Of a stretch of DNA of 64,000 bases, positions 16,597 through 26,835 are shown one piece after another. The stretch is from Bdellovibrionales bacterium (GTDB lineage: Bacteria > Bdellovibrionota > Bdellovibrionia > Bdellovibrionales > UBA1609). How positions within the stretch are numbered: the first letter of the stretch is position 1; every line of letters begins with the position of its first letter. The stretch is from contig OZ241877.1 in the NCBI GenBank assembly GCA_965203095.1, positions 544,001 to 608,000 of the forward strand, written 5' to 3'. The position numbers and the translations under genes are program-made. Under the pieces are notes generated by a model, which was not told where the DNA came from, searched no databases, and worked only from the letters and a program-made list of their open reading frames with translations.

Positions 16597-16813
16597 AAAT
16601 AAAACAAAAAAAAGAGAGATGATAAAGGACTTTTATAAGGATTTTCATAAAAAGCATCTGGGGAAATACATTGGAGCATATAAAATTGATGACAGGCTTA
16701 GTTTTGATCCGGGTCATAACAATTTTCCCACACATGACATTTTATTGGAATTGGTAAAAGAGGGATATTTGAAGCAAAACAAAGGTTCAGGGTTTAGGTT
16801 AAAAAAGAAATGA
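16589..16813 (+). CDS. Small basic hypothetical protein, paralog 2
   Basis: Paralog of 16333-16596; overlaps its stop codon. Confidence 0.65.
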   Translation: MTENKTKKREMIKDFYKDFHKKHLGKYIGAYKIDDRLSFDPGHNNFPTHDILLELVKEGYLKQNKGSGFRLKKK

Positions 16814-16847
16814 CTGAAAAACAAAAAATAGCTGGTGTGATTTTTGG

Positions 16848-17005
16848 CAAGGTTCGCGGGAATGACTGGGTTCACGGAAAAGACAAAGTTGGAATGGATT
16901 CCCGTTTTCACGGGAGCCCAAAAGTCCGGGGGACTTTTGGGCAAATTCACGAGAATGACTTGGTTCACGAGAGCTAAAAAGTCCGGGAGACTTTTAGGTA
17001 AATTC
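16848..17005. repeat. REP cluster
   Basis: GGGAATGAC units, GGATTCCCGTTTTCACGGGA and two AAAAGTCCGGG(G/A)GACTTTT hairpins. Confidence 0.8.
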
Positions 17006-17055
17006 TTTGGACAACAGAGGCAAACTTTTTCACAGGCAGGCAAATAGGTTAAAAG

Positions 17056-17493
17056 ATGACTGAAAAACAAAAAATAGCTGGTGCGATATTTGGAATTGCC
17101 ATAATTGCCTCTGTGGGCTTTGGCTGGAAACACTTTTTAAGTGCTAATGCATGCGATCACTATGGCAATGAGATTAAACGGCTTTTAGACGATCAGGACA
17201 ATCTTTTATTTACTTATGGTTTTTTTGCGGAACACACTTTAACAGAGGATAGACAAAAAGACTTCAAAAGATTGATTGAAGTAAAAGAGCCACTTGTCCG
17301 GGTCACAGTGGAGCACTTTTCAAAAACCTGCCGGTCCTCTCTTAGGAAAAGTGAGCTTATCGCTTTCCTTAAAACTTATGAGATTTATCTTGTGACTAAA
17401 CAAGCTTTCTTTAAACAAAGCCAGCGGTCGGGCTTTGATTGGATAAGAGATACCTTTCCCTTTGATCCTAAAATCTACAAAAACATAGATTAA
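17056..17493 (+). CDS. Membrane-anchored hypothetical protein
   Basis: N-terminal TM helix; first 38 bp duplicated at 16810-16847. Confidence 0.6.
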   Translation: MTEKQKIAGAIFGIAIIASVGFGWKHFLSANACDHYGNEIKRLLDDQDNLLFTYGFFAEHTLTEDRQKDFKRLIEVKEPLVRVTVEHFSKTCRSSLRKSELIAFLKTYEIYLVTKQAFFKQSQRSGFDWIRDTFPFDPKIYKNID

Positions 17494-17540
17494 CTTCATG
17501 AAACTTTTAGTGATTATGAACTCAATTAAATTTTAATTTT

Positions 17541-18494
17541 CTATTTTTGTAGTTGAGTAGGAGGTTTCACAAGAACACCTTGAACCTTTGCCCATGTCTT
17601 ATTCGCAGATCGTATCATTTTAACTCCTGTTGTATTCTCAAAAAACAATGTTATCAGATGATATGCTGTTAATACAGATTCTTGTAATTCACTATCATCT
17701 TCCAGAGCTTTCACCTTAAAATCATATTCACTCAATTTATTTTTTATTTGTGTAAAACCAATTGGACGACCATGGTTCAAATGTTTCACATTTATAAAAA
17801 AATCAGCGACTTGTTGAGCTTTTTTCTCATCTTTTAACATATATTTTGTTAACCATTCTTGAACCATTATTTTAGAGTAATTTAATGATTTTTTAGCTTC
17901 TTCAAGCAGACCTAAACCTAAGGATGATAAAATCGGTATCCATATTTGCATATTATTTGGATTTTGCTCAAAATCTTTCTTAGCTGTTTCAAACTGACTT
18001 ACAATAGAATGAGCTGATATTTGACGATTTTCTGAAAGAACAAACTGAGGATCAATAGGCCCCAAAAAAGAATGTTTGCCCATTATAATTTGATCTGATC
18101 CCAGAGCTATCATTGTTCCTGCTGACATAGCATAGGTAGGCACAATGACTTCTATATAGTGAAATTTTTCTCTTAAATATTTTACAATAGATTCCGTAGC
18201 GGTTGGAAGACCTCCTGGTGTGTGCAAAATCAAGGTTAATCCTTTAGAACAATCTAATCCCCGTATAATACTCATAAAACCATTTATGTCCTCTTTATTG
18301 ATAAGAGTAAGTGTAGGAATATTCCTTGGAGCAATTTTTTGCAAAAAAGCTGATGAGTATACAATAACAGCCCTGTTATTACAGAGCTTTGAAATTTGAT
18401 TTATATAATTTTTAAATTTAGACTCAAACCAGCTCTGTTTAGAGTGTTGATTAACAGGTGTAAACTCATTCAATAATTCTTCCCAAGATGGCAT
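17541..18494 (-). CDS. SDH-family ClpP-fold serine protease
   Basis: LILHTPGG, AMSAGTMIAL, LGPIDPQ, HGRPI motifs; lower GC than flanks. Confidence 0.85.
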   Translation of the reverse strand: MPSWEELLNEFTPVNQHSKQSWFESKFKNYINQISKLCNNRAVIVYSSAFLQKIAPRNIPTLTLINKEDINGFMSIIRGLDCSKGLTLILHTPGGLPTATESIVKYLREKFHYIEVIVPTYAMSAGTMIALGSDQIIMGKHSFLGPIDPQFVLSENRQISAHSIVSQFETAKKDFEQNPNNMQIWIPILSSLGLGLLEEAKKSLNYSKIMVQEWLTKYMLKDEKKAQQVADFFINVKHLNHGRPIGFTQIKNKLSEYDFKVKALEDDSELQESVLTAYHLITLFFENTTGVKMIRSANKTWAKVQGVLVKPPTQLQK

Positions 18495-18497
18495 AAA

Positions 18498-18677
18498 TCA
18501 GTAGTCGGTCAAGATTTGTCTTGTTGGAATATTTTTAGAGAGTTGTTGAGTTAATTCTGTTAAATTAGATATTTTTGTTGTTTCAATATATTTTATATAT
18601 TTTTTTTCTTCAGATTTATAAAATTCTTTCCAATCTGAGATTTTTTTTGAAGATTTTTTTTCTTTATTTCTTTCCAT
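18498..18677 (-). CDS. 59-aa hypothetical protein directly upstream of the protease
   Basis: ORF MERNKEKNSS...RQILTDY* ends 3 nt before the protease ATG (below the ORF-track cutoff). Confidence 0.45.
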   Translation of the reverse strand: MERNKEKKSSKKISDWKEFYKSEEKKYIKYIETTKISNLTELTQQLSKNIPTRQILTDY

Positions 18678-18881
18678 AGAATGACTTAACTATAATTTTA
18701 TAGCTTTTTTTAGATAATTAGTCAACTCTTTTTAAGAAAATAGCCTAAAATCCAACAAAATCACGAACTACATCCTTTTTTTGAGGACTTGTGACTCGTA
18801 AGCCTTTCAGAAAAAATCAGATTGAAAACCCCGTCTTTAGCACAGAAAAACAGGCGAGCTTTGTTTTTTCCCTTAAAAAGC

Positions 18882-18909
18882 TAAAGGATTTGACGCATTG
18901 CTCCGATAA
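18882..18909 (+). promoter_or_regulatory. Possible sigma28 promoter of the Type ISP gene
   Basis: TAAAG-N16-CCGATAA, 7 nt before ATG 18917. Confidence 0.55.
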
Positions 18910-18916
18910 ATGGAGT

Positions 18917-21900
18917 ATGAAATCAGACTTCAAAAGTTTTCTTCAAATCATTCGTAAAAAAGCCAAAAATGAAAGGGAAAAAGGAGCTTTTTTTGAAAGA
19001 GCCATAAGGGATTTTCTACGAGAATCCCCTGAATATTCTTTTGAAAATGTATGGCTATGGCCTAACTGGCCAGACTTAAAAAAACACAGTTTTTCAAAAA
19101 AAGACTTAGGCATTGATCTTGTAGCTCGTGAAAAAGAAACCGGAACATTTTGGGCCATCCAATGCAAATGCTTTGATGAAAACCACCAAGTGAATAAAGC
19201 AGATATAGACAGTTTTTTCGCTCATTCAGGGAAAAATCCCTTTAAAGTTCGTCTTATTGTCACAACTACAAATAATTGGGGGGCTAATGCTGAAGAGTCT
19301 TTACGAAACCAGACAAAGGAATGCAAAGTTTTAGATTTGCATGGTTTGCAAACAGCTAATTTTGAATGGAGTTTTCAAAAAGTAAAACGAAAAACAGAAC
19401 AAAAATATTTAAGAGATCATCAAAAAGAGGCCGTCCGCAAATCAGCTGAGCATTTTAAAAAAGAAAAAAGAGGAAAGCTCATAATGGCCTGTGGGACGGG
19501 CAAGACTTTTGCTTCTCTCCGGGTTGTAGAAAGGATCACTCCAAAAAACGCAAATGTTTTATTTCTTGCTCCTTCCATTTCTCTTATATCTCAAACCTTA
19601 AGAGAATACGCTTGGCAGAGGAAATCAGCTCAAAGATACCTTGCCGTTTGTTCCGATACAAAAGCCGGAAAAGATACAGACGGCTATGATGTAAATGATT
19701 TGCAAATATCCCCAACCACTGATCCGAAAAAAATTGCTAAGAGGCTGAAGATCAAATCGAGACAAAGAACTATTGTTTTTTCCACCTACCAATCTCTTAA
19801 ACAAATAAAAAAAGCTCAAAAACTTGGGGCACCGGTTTTTGATCTTGTTGTTTGTGACGAAGCCCACAGGACAACTGGAGTTGAAGCCGGGGAAGAAAAA
19901 AACGGGAAGAACACAGGCAATTATTTTACCAGAATAAATGATGAAGATTATTTGAAAGCCAAAAAGCGACTTTATATGACCGCCACACCTAAAATTTATA
20001 GTGAAAGAATCAAAAGCAAGGCCAAAAAACATGATGTAGAGATTCACTCTATGGATGATGAAGCTGTTTTTGGAAAGGAGATTTACAGATTGGATTTTTC
20101 CTCCGCTATTGAGAAAAAACTGTTGGCCGATTACAAAGTGATCATTTTATCCATTGACGAACAATATATGAGCGACAATATTCAGGAAATACTAAAAGGC
20201 ACTGAGCTTAACTTAGATGATGCCTCCCGTTTGGTGGGTTGCTACAAAGCCTTGCGGGATCAAGGGGATAAAAAACAGGGGTTAAAGTTAGGCCGGGCTG
20301 TAGGCTTTTTGAACACAATCAAAGCGAGTAAAGATGTCAAACAGGAATTTCAAAAAGTTGTGAAAGCCTTAGATGAATATAAAAATGATGGTTTTACTTG
20401 TGAGACAGAGCATATTGACGGAACAGACAGCTCTATTGTTAGAAACAAAAAATTAGACTGGCTAAAAGAAGATGCTGGCAAAACAGAAAGAAAAGAGAAG
20501 ATATGCCGGATTTTATTCAATTCCAAATGTCTTACAGAGGGGGTGGATGTTCCCAGTCTTGATGCTGTGATGTTTTTGCATGCAAGAAAATCCCAAGTGG
20601 ATGTCGTGCAGGCAGTGGGCCGTATAATGAGAAAGTTGGAAGGCAAACAATATGGCTATGTGATTTTGCCAGTAGTGATTCCTACAGGGAAATCCCCGGA
20701 ACAAGCTTTAAATGATAATGAAACTTATAAAGTAGTTTGGCAGGTTTTAAATGCTTTAAGGTCTCACGATTCAAAATTTAATGCCTTGATAAATAACTTG
20801 GAGTTGAATGAAAACAAGCCAGATAAAATTAAAGTTATAGGCATTGGTTATGGAAGTGAGAAGGAAAGAAAAGAAGTTGAGGAGAAGACAAATCCTCAAA
20901 TCCAACTCAACCTCCAATACAGTATTGAGGAGATAGAGGATAAAATTTACGCCAAAATTGTTGAAAAATGCGGAGACAGAGTCTATGAAGAAAAATGGAC
21001 TAAGGAGATTGAAAAGGCTTGTAAGACCATCTCCGTCCGGATAAAAAGCCTTTTAAAGACAAAGCCTCAAATCAATAAGGAATTTCAAACTTACTATAAA
21101 GGGCTTAAGTCCTGTATCAATGAGGACATTAAGGAGGAGCAGGCTGTCTCTATGATTTCAGAGCATCTGATTACTCGTCCCGCTTTTGATAAGATTTTTG
21201 AGAATTACAAGTTTTCTGAAAACAATCCTGTTTCTAAAACCATGAAAAAAGTTTTGTCTCGTTTGGATGAATATGGCTTTAGCAATGAGTTAAAAGACCT
21301 TGAAAAGTTTTATCAAGGGATAAGTGGCCGGATAGAGGGAATTGACAACTCCGCCTCCCGACAAAAATTCATTAAAGAGCTTTATGAAAATTTTATAAAA
21401 ACTGCTTTTCCTAAAACAGCTGAAAAATTAGGCGTGGCTTATACCCCGGTGGAGATCGTGGATTTTATATTAAGGTCTGCTGATGAAATTTTAAAAGATG
21501 AGTTCGGTAAAAAATTAACTAATAAGGGAGTGCATGTCATAGATCCTTTTGTGGGGACGGGGACTTTCCTCAATAGGTTAATTCAAATGAACCCGGTTAT
21601 AGAAAAAAAAGATCTCCCCCGAAAGTTCAAACATGAACTTCATGCCAATGATATTTTGCTCCTGCCTTATTATGTGGCCTCTATTAACATTGAGGAGGCT
21701 TATCATTCTCGAATAGGAGGGAATCAATACAGGCCCTTTCCAAGGATAACATTGTCAGACATTTTTAACCGTAAGGAACGAGATAAACAACTTTCTCTTT
21801 CTCCTTATTTTCAGGAAAACAAAAAGAGAATAAAACAACAGCAAGAAGTGGATCTTCAGGTCATTATAGGGAATCCTCCATATTCCTCCGGCCAAAGGAA

Positions 21901-23710
21901 CGAAAATGACGCCAATAAAAACACAGTTTACCCAAAACTCCATAAAAGGATTGAGGATACCTATGTTAAAGAGTCATCAGCTCAGCTAAATACAGCCCTT
22001 TATGATTCCTATATCAAAGCCATTCGCTGGGCCACAGATGAGATTCAGGATAAAGGAGGTATTATTGGTTTTGTTCATAATGCCTCTCTTGTAAGCCAAA
22101 GGAGCACTGCTGGACTCAGGAGATCCCTTATAAAAGAGTTTGACTCCATTTACTGCTTTAACTTAAGAGGCAACCAAAGAACAAAAGGGGAGCTTTCAAA
22201 AAAAGAAGGAGGCAAAGTTTTTGGAGGTAGTTCCCGAACTCCTATAGCCATCACTTTCCTTATAAAAAATCCAAAGAAACGGAGAGAAAAAGCCACAATC
22301 AAATATCTTGATATTGGCGACTACCTCAGCCGTGAGGACAAGTTAGAAAAAGTTAAGAGCTTTGGTTGTATTAAAGGCATAGGGAAGGAATGGAAAACCA
22401 TAACACCGGACAAATATGGGGACTGGATCAACCAGCGGGATGAATCCTTTTATCAATTTATGCCTATTGGGGATAAAAAGTCCGGCAATCAAAATGCTAT
22501 TTTTAGTTTGTATAGCTGTGGAGTGGCCACCAGTAGAGATACTTGGGTTTATAACTTCAGTAAAGATCAAGTCCAAAAGAATATGAAAAAAATGATTCAA
22601 TTTTATAATCAGGAATTAGCACGCTTAAAGGATAAAACACTGGACAAAAAAACTATTGATAAATTTATCAATCGGGATGATAAAAAAATAAAATGGTCTT
22701 ATAGGATTAAAGAAAAATTTTGTAGAGAAAAACGAGCTATATTTGATCAAAAATTACTTAGATGTTCCAGCTATAGACCATTTATGAAATCATTAGTTTA
22801 TTTTGATCGAGATTTCAATGAGAGACAATCTCAATTACCAAAAATTTTCCCAAAAGAGACAACAAAAAATAAAATGATCTGTATAAGTGGGGTTGGAGCG
22901 AATAAATTTTCAGTTTTAATAACAGATGTTGTGCCCTGTGGAGATTATTTGAATAAAACCCAATGCTTCCCTCTCTATCGTTTTGATAATGATTTTGACA
23001 CTTCTCAAAAAAGCCTTCTGAACCAGAGCAAGCCCTCCTACAGCATTACCGACTCTGCCCTTAATCGTTTTAAAAATCATTACAAAAGAGATAAAGTTTT
23101 GGGAAAATCCTCAAACACCATTACCAAAGAGAATATTTTTTATTATATTTATGGCCTCCTCCATTCAGAGGACTACCGGCAGAAATACCAGTCCAACCTA
23201 AGTAAAGATCTCCCTCGTATTCCATTAGTTCCGGAGTTTCAAGAGTTTTCCCACATTGGCCGAAAGCTTGCCGATCTGCACTTAAACTATGAACACCAAT
23301 CACCTCCTAAAGGTGTCAAAATCTTAAATTCTGGCCAAGAGATAAATATGTTTCAATTAAAAAACTCCTCAGAGGACTTGAAAGTTAAAAAAATGAAGAT
23401 GAACAAAAAAGACAAATCTAAAATCCAATTTAACGATCGCATCACTATTTCAAACATCCCGCCAGAGGCTTGGGAATACAAAATCAACGGCTATTCTGCT
23501 CCCAAATGGATTGTAGAAAGATACCAATACAAGAAGGACAAAAAAACAGACTTAGTAAATGACCCCAATAGCTATTCAGATGACCCGGCTTATATCTTGA
23601 AACTGCTCCTCAGTATAATAACAGTTTCCTTAAAAACCCGGGAGCTTGTTCAAAGCCTCCCTTCCATTGATTTTGACAGCCTCATCTCCTCCATAAATAA
23701 AGCTGGATAA
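18917..23710 (+). CDS. Type ISP restriction-modification enzyme (LlaGI/LlaBIII-like)
   Basis: Mrr-like nuclease (GIDLVA..IQCK), SF2 helicase (GTGKT, DEAH, QAVGR), N6-MTase (DPFVGTG, NPPY), C-terminal TRD; frame is open from GTG 18791. Confidence 0.93.
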   Translation: MKSDFKSFLQIIRKKAKNEREKGAFFERAIRDFLRESPEYSFENVWLWPNWPDLKKHSFSKKDLGIDLVAREKETGTFWAIQCKCFDENHQVNKADIDSFFAHSGKNPFKVRLIVTTTNNWGANAEESLRNQTKECKVLDLHGLQTANFEWSFQKVKRKTEQKYLRDHQKEAVRKSAEHFKKEKRGKLIMACGTGKTFASLRVVERITPKNANVLFLAPSISLISQTLREYAWQRKSAQRYLAVCSDTKAGKDTDGYDVNDLQISPTTDPKKIAKRLKIKSRQRTIVFSTYQSLKQIKKAQKLGAPVFDLVVCDEAHRTTGVEAGEEKNGKNTGNYFTRINDEDYLKAKKRLYMTATPKIYSERIKSKAKKHDVEIHSMDDEAVFGKEIYRLDFSSAIEKKLLADYKVIILSIDEQYMSDNIQEILKGTELNLDDASRLVGCYKALRDQGDKKQGLKLGRAVGFLNTIKASKDVKQEFQKVVKALDEYKNDGFTCETEHIDGTDSSIVRNKKLDWLKEDAGKTERKEKICRILFNSKCLTEGVDVPSLDAVMFLHARKSQVDVVQAVGRIMRKLEGKQYGYVILPVVIPTGKSPEQALNDNETYKVVWQVLNALRSHDSKFNALINNLELNENKPDKIKVIGIGYGSEKERKEVEEKTNPQIQLNLQYSIEEIEDKIYAKIVEKCGDRVYEEKWTKEIEKACKTISVRIKSLLKTKPQINKEFQTYYKGLKSCINEDIKEEQAVSMISEHLITRPAFDKIFENYKFSENNPVSKTMKKVLSRLDEYGFSNELKDLEKFYQGISGRIEGIDNSASRQKFIKELYENFIKTAFPKTAEKLGVAYTPVEIVDFILRSADEILKDEFGKKLTNKGVHVIDPFVGTGTFLNRLIQMNPVIEKKDLPRKFKHELHANDILLLPYYVASINIEEAYHSRIGGNQYRPFPRITLSDIFNRKERDKQLSLSPYFQENKKRIKQQQEVDLQVIIGNPPYSSGQRNENDANKNTVYPKLHKRIEDTYVKESSAQLNTALYDSYIKAIRWATDEIQDKGGIIGFVHNASLVSQRSTAGLRRSLIKEFDSIYCFNLRGNQRTKGELSKKEGGKVFGGSSRTPIAITFLIKNPKKRREKATIKYLDIGDYLSREDKLEKVKSFGCIKGIGKEWKTITPDKYGDWINQRDESFYQFMPIGDKKSGNQNAIFSLYSCGVATSRDTWVYNFSKDQVQKNMKKMIQFYNQELARLKDKTLDKKTIDKFINRDDKKIKWSYRIKEKFCREKRAIFDQKLLRCSSYRPFMKSLVYFDRDFNERQSQLPKIFPKETTKNKMICISGVGANKFSVLITDVVPCGDYLNKTQCFPLYRFDNDFDTSQKSLLNQSKPSYSITDSALNRFKNHYKRDKVLGKSSNTITKENIFYYIYGLLHSEDYRQKYQSNLSKDLPRIPLVPEFQEFSHIGRKLADLHLNYEHQSPPKGVKILNSGQEINMFQLKNSSEDLKVKKMKMNKKDKSKIQFNDRITISNIPPEAWEYKINGYSAPKWIVERYQYKKDKKTDLVNDPNSYSDDPAYILKLLLSIITVSLKTRELVQSLPSIDFDSLISSINKAG

Positions 23711-23774
23711 ACCAAAATTTTTGGAAAATAATAGTTTTTGCCAAAAGAATGATATGATTTTCAATTCCCATTTT

Positions 23775-26345
23775 TTAATCATTATGTGATATGGAGTTCT
23801 GCCTATTTTTAAATTCTTCTATCCAGTCTTTAAGTTTTTTAAAATCTTTTTCCAGTTCTTCAGGAGATGGCATTTTATGAGATGTTTCAGCAGAGGGAAA
23901 GTGCATGAATTTTGAATATTTGGTCATTAAATCATCCAGCAGATCGCAATCCTTTTGATTGATTTTAGAAAGTTTGGAGATTTTTTTTGTGTGAATATCT
24001 TTTCTATGTCTTTTTATTATGTCTAAAAGCAAAACATTTTCGATTGTTTTTTCAATAACAATTCTAAAATCACTGCATAAAGTTTTTGCTTTTTCATTAT
24101 AAGAGCTATAACCTTCCTCTTTAAAAATTTTCTTGACTGAGAATAGTTTTTCAATTAAAGAATTTAAAGCATTTTTTGGTTTTTGAGCAAAGAGGGGAGT
24201 ATTCCTTGGCTCACCAGATCCCCAAGGTTCTGTTTCAATATATAAGGGATCTAATTTTATGTTTTCTTTGTCACAAGAATCCTCAATCAGTCCAAGAAAA
24301 GAGAGCCTGTGTGTAAAAATGATCACTTGCCTTTCTTTAGAAAGCTCTACGAGGCGATTAGCGACTGCCTCTTCAAAATCTTGATCCAATGAAGATATTG
24401 GATCATCAAAAACAAATGGATATGAGCTACTTTTTCCTTTTAGATCAGCAAGAAAAGCTGATAGAGCGACAATACGATTTTCTCCTTCACTAAGAACAGA
24501 TTCTGTTTTTACAGAATTTGAATTTAATCCTTCTAAACGGATTTGATGCAAGGATTTCCCCTTTGTGACTCTTGATTTGACAAGCTTAACTTTTATTTTA
24601 TCGGCTTTCAGTTTCTTTAATTCAGCATTGAATCTGTTAATAAAATCTTGAGTAATCAATTTTTCTGAAAGTTTGCTTTTTTGTTTTGAAAGTGCTGTTG
24701 TATCTGTCAATTTTTTAGCTGATTCAAGTAATTTAATACTTTTCAATCTATTTATCTCTTTTTTTATGGATTTTCTATTTTGAGAAAGCCATTGTTTTGC
24801 CTGTAAATCTTGTTTTTTAGAGATCAATTCTTTTCTATCAATGTTGTGGGCAATTTCATCATATTTTTCTGCCTCTTTTTCATTCTTCTCAAGTGTTGCT
24901 TCTACTCCAACTTTCCAGTTTTCAATAGAAGGAAGAGGAGATAATGAGTTATGACTATTGAGAATGATAAGTTTTTCTTTTCTTTTATTTAATTCAGTAT
25001 AAAAATTATCTAATTCTTCTCTGCCTGATTGTAAACCAGCCGCATCCATTTTAGTTGTAAGAATACTTTTATTTGGTATTTGTGGAAGGTTTTTTATAGA
25101 TTCATCTAATAATTCTTTTATATTTGTTAACTCCTGTTGAGATTTTTCCTTTACAAATTCTTCAAAAGATAGAAGTCTGCTTTGAGCTTTATCATCTAAT
25201 TTTTGTTGGCATAGGACACAATGAACATTGTTAGCCGGGAAAGGTTGTCCTTTATAAGCTTCTTGCTCTGAATATTCTCTTGCATGTTTCCATAACCGTT
25301 TCCATACTTCGCTACCGACTCCTGAAAGAATCGATTTTTCAGATATTTGTTTTGTTGCAACTTCAGAAGTCTTTTTTGCTTCAGCATATTTTTCTTTAAA
25401 GCTGTTTATTGTGTCACATTTTTCGTCTGAAAAACTATCTCTAAGATCGTTTGATTCACTTATCAACTTTTTTATGTAGTTATTTTGTTTTCTGATGGTT
25501 TCGGCTTTTTTTGCAGGATCCGGCTGGGCAAATCTTTCTTGAAGTTTGGTTAATTCTTCTTGATTTTTATTTGTCCAAAGACAATAACTATTCAGTTCCT
25601 GTTCTGTTAAATTTTCTGATAATTCTTTATACCATTTTGCACTTTTTGTGGTATTGTATTCAGATGGGCATGCAGGAAGCTTGGAAGGGTGCTTTTCTAT
25701 TTCAGTTTGTATTTTTGATGAAATGTTATCACAAACGCCAACAAGTTTAGAAAAAAATAATAATATTTCTGGCTCATAAGCTGTTTCGTTTTCACTTGTG
25801 ACATAAGCTTTTCCGCATTCAGAATCAAAAATATTCACACAATTTAAATCATCTATAATTCCAAAGGCTGGATTCCATTCTATTGTTTGTGGACTATTGT
25901 CTTTTAGATATTCAATACTGCAACTCTGTTTGGGCTGATTGTTCTTGAATACATTTGTTAAAAGAGGGGATGGGGGTTTTGTTCCACAAACTTTTTTTAA
26001 AATTCTTACATAGCCTGATTTTCCAGATCTGTTTGAGCCATATATAACTGTTAGATTTCCTTCTCCAAATTTCAATGGGTTTTTAGGGGATAAGTTATTG
26101 ATCCCTTTAATATGTCCAATAGATTTTATTTTTATTTTATTGCCAGACTTTTTGTCATTCAATAGCTGATCCATAGATATAGTGCCACTTAATGTATCTG
26201 GTTGCCCTTTAGCTGTATTTAAACAGTTCTTATAGAGGCATTCATAATCTTCATCATGGAGCGAACCCTTTTCTATGAGACGCACAGTCGCTTCTTGAAG
26301 CCAAATATGTTTTTTTCTAAACCATTCTTCTAATTCTTGTCTCAT
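23775..26345 (-). CDS. Rad50/SbcC-like ABC ATPase with zinc hook (RloC-like architecture)
   Basis: Walker A GSNRSGKS, coiled coil with CVLC, LSEGE signature, FDDPISSLD, IFTH, extra C-terminal helical domain. Confidence 0.75.
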   Translation of the reverse strand: MRQELEEWFRKKHIWLQEATVRLIEKGSLHDEDYECLYKNCLNTAKGQPDTLSGTISMDQLLNDKKSGNKIKIKSIGHIKGINNLSPKNPLKFGEGNLTVIYGSNRSGKSGYVRILKKVCGTKPPSPLLTNVFKNNQPKQSCSIEYLKDNSPQTIEWNPAFGIIDDLNCVNIFDSECGKAYVTSENETAYEPEILLFFSKLVGVCDNISSKIQTEIEKHPSKLPACPSEYNTTKSAKWYKELSENLTEQELNSYCLWTNKNQEELTKLQERFAQPDPAKKAETIRKQNNYIKKLISESNDLRDSFSDEKCDTINSFKEKYAEAKKTSEVATKQISEKSILSGVGSEVWKRLWKHAREYSEQEAYKGQPFPANNVHCVLCQQKLDDKAQSRLLSFEEFVKEKSQQELTNIKELLDESIKNLPQIPNKSILTTKMDAAGLQSGREELDNFYTELNKRKEKLIILNSHNSLSPLPSIENWKVGVEATLEKNEKEAEKYDEIAHNIDRKELISKKQDLQAKQWLSQNRKSIKKEINRLKSIKLLESAKKLTDTTALSKQKSKLSEKLITQDFINRFNAELKKLKADKIKVKLVKSRVTKGKSLHQIRLEGLNSNSVKTESVLSEGENRIVALSAFLADLKGKSSSYPFVFDDPISSLDQDFEEAVANRLVELSKERQVIIFTHRLSFLGLIEDSCDKENIKLDPLYIETEPWGSGEPRNTPLFAQKPKNALNSLIEKLFSVKKIFKEEGYSSYNEKAKTLCSDFRIVIEKTIENVLLLDIIKRHRKDIHTKKISKLSKINQKDCDLLDDLMTKYSKFMHFPSAETSHKMPSPEELEKDFKKLKDWIEEFKNRQNSISHND

Positions 26346-26664
26346 AATTTATTTTATCTTATAGTTGGTTCAATTTCTTGTTTTTTCCACCAGGTGTTTT
26401 ATCTCTAAATTTTATTCCTTGGATTTTTTATGAAATCCAGAAATCTAAATATGAGGTCATTTGCCGAAAAAGCAAGGTCTAATACCGATTTTTTTGAAAA
26501 TAAAATCTCACTGCGGAGAACAGAAACTTAAAGAAAGTTTATGTTAAAAAAGCTCCTCAAGCTTTTTTATATTAAAAATCTTGAGAAAAAGGCTCTTAAA
26601 TACCTATAAACTTTGTTTATTTATCCGAGAACATACTGATATTTTTAACAAGGTTCATGGCATT

Positions 26665-26835
26665 TTAAGAACCGTTTTTTAGTTTTTTTATTGCTTTTTC
26701 AGAAAGCCCTGTCACTTTGGAAATAAAAGAAATATTTGCTTTCTCTTTCAGCATATTTAAAACAAGCTCTCTGTCTCTTGCTTGTCGGCCTTCCCAACGA
26801 CCCTTCTCTTTAATAATTTCCCAAACATCTTGCAT
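26665..26835 (-). CDS. Predicted intragenic small Rpn product (Rpn-S, 56 aa)
   Basis: Internal AAGGAGGG-CTT-ATG in frame at 26835. Confidence 0.6.
   Translation of the reverse strand: MQDVWEIIKEKGRWEGRQARDRELVLNMLKEKANISFISKVTGLSEKAIKKLKNGS

Noticed and set aside
16714..17133. ORFs 16714-17133 and 16844-17047 (also 33162-33389, 41498-41707, 58458-58682)
   Set aside because: Translations of REP/MITE clusters (VIPA, WIPV, PKSPPDF peptides).
18791..18916. GTG-started 42-aa N-terminal extension of the Type ISP enzyme
   Set aside because: Domain similarity begins after ATG 18917 and a promoter-like motif lies in this stretch; not fully excluded.
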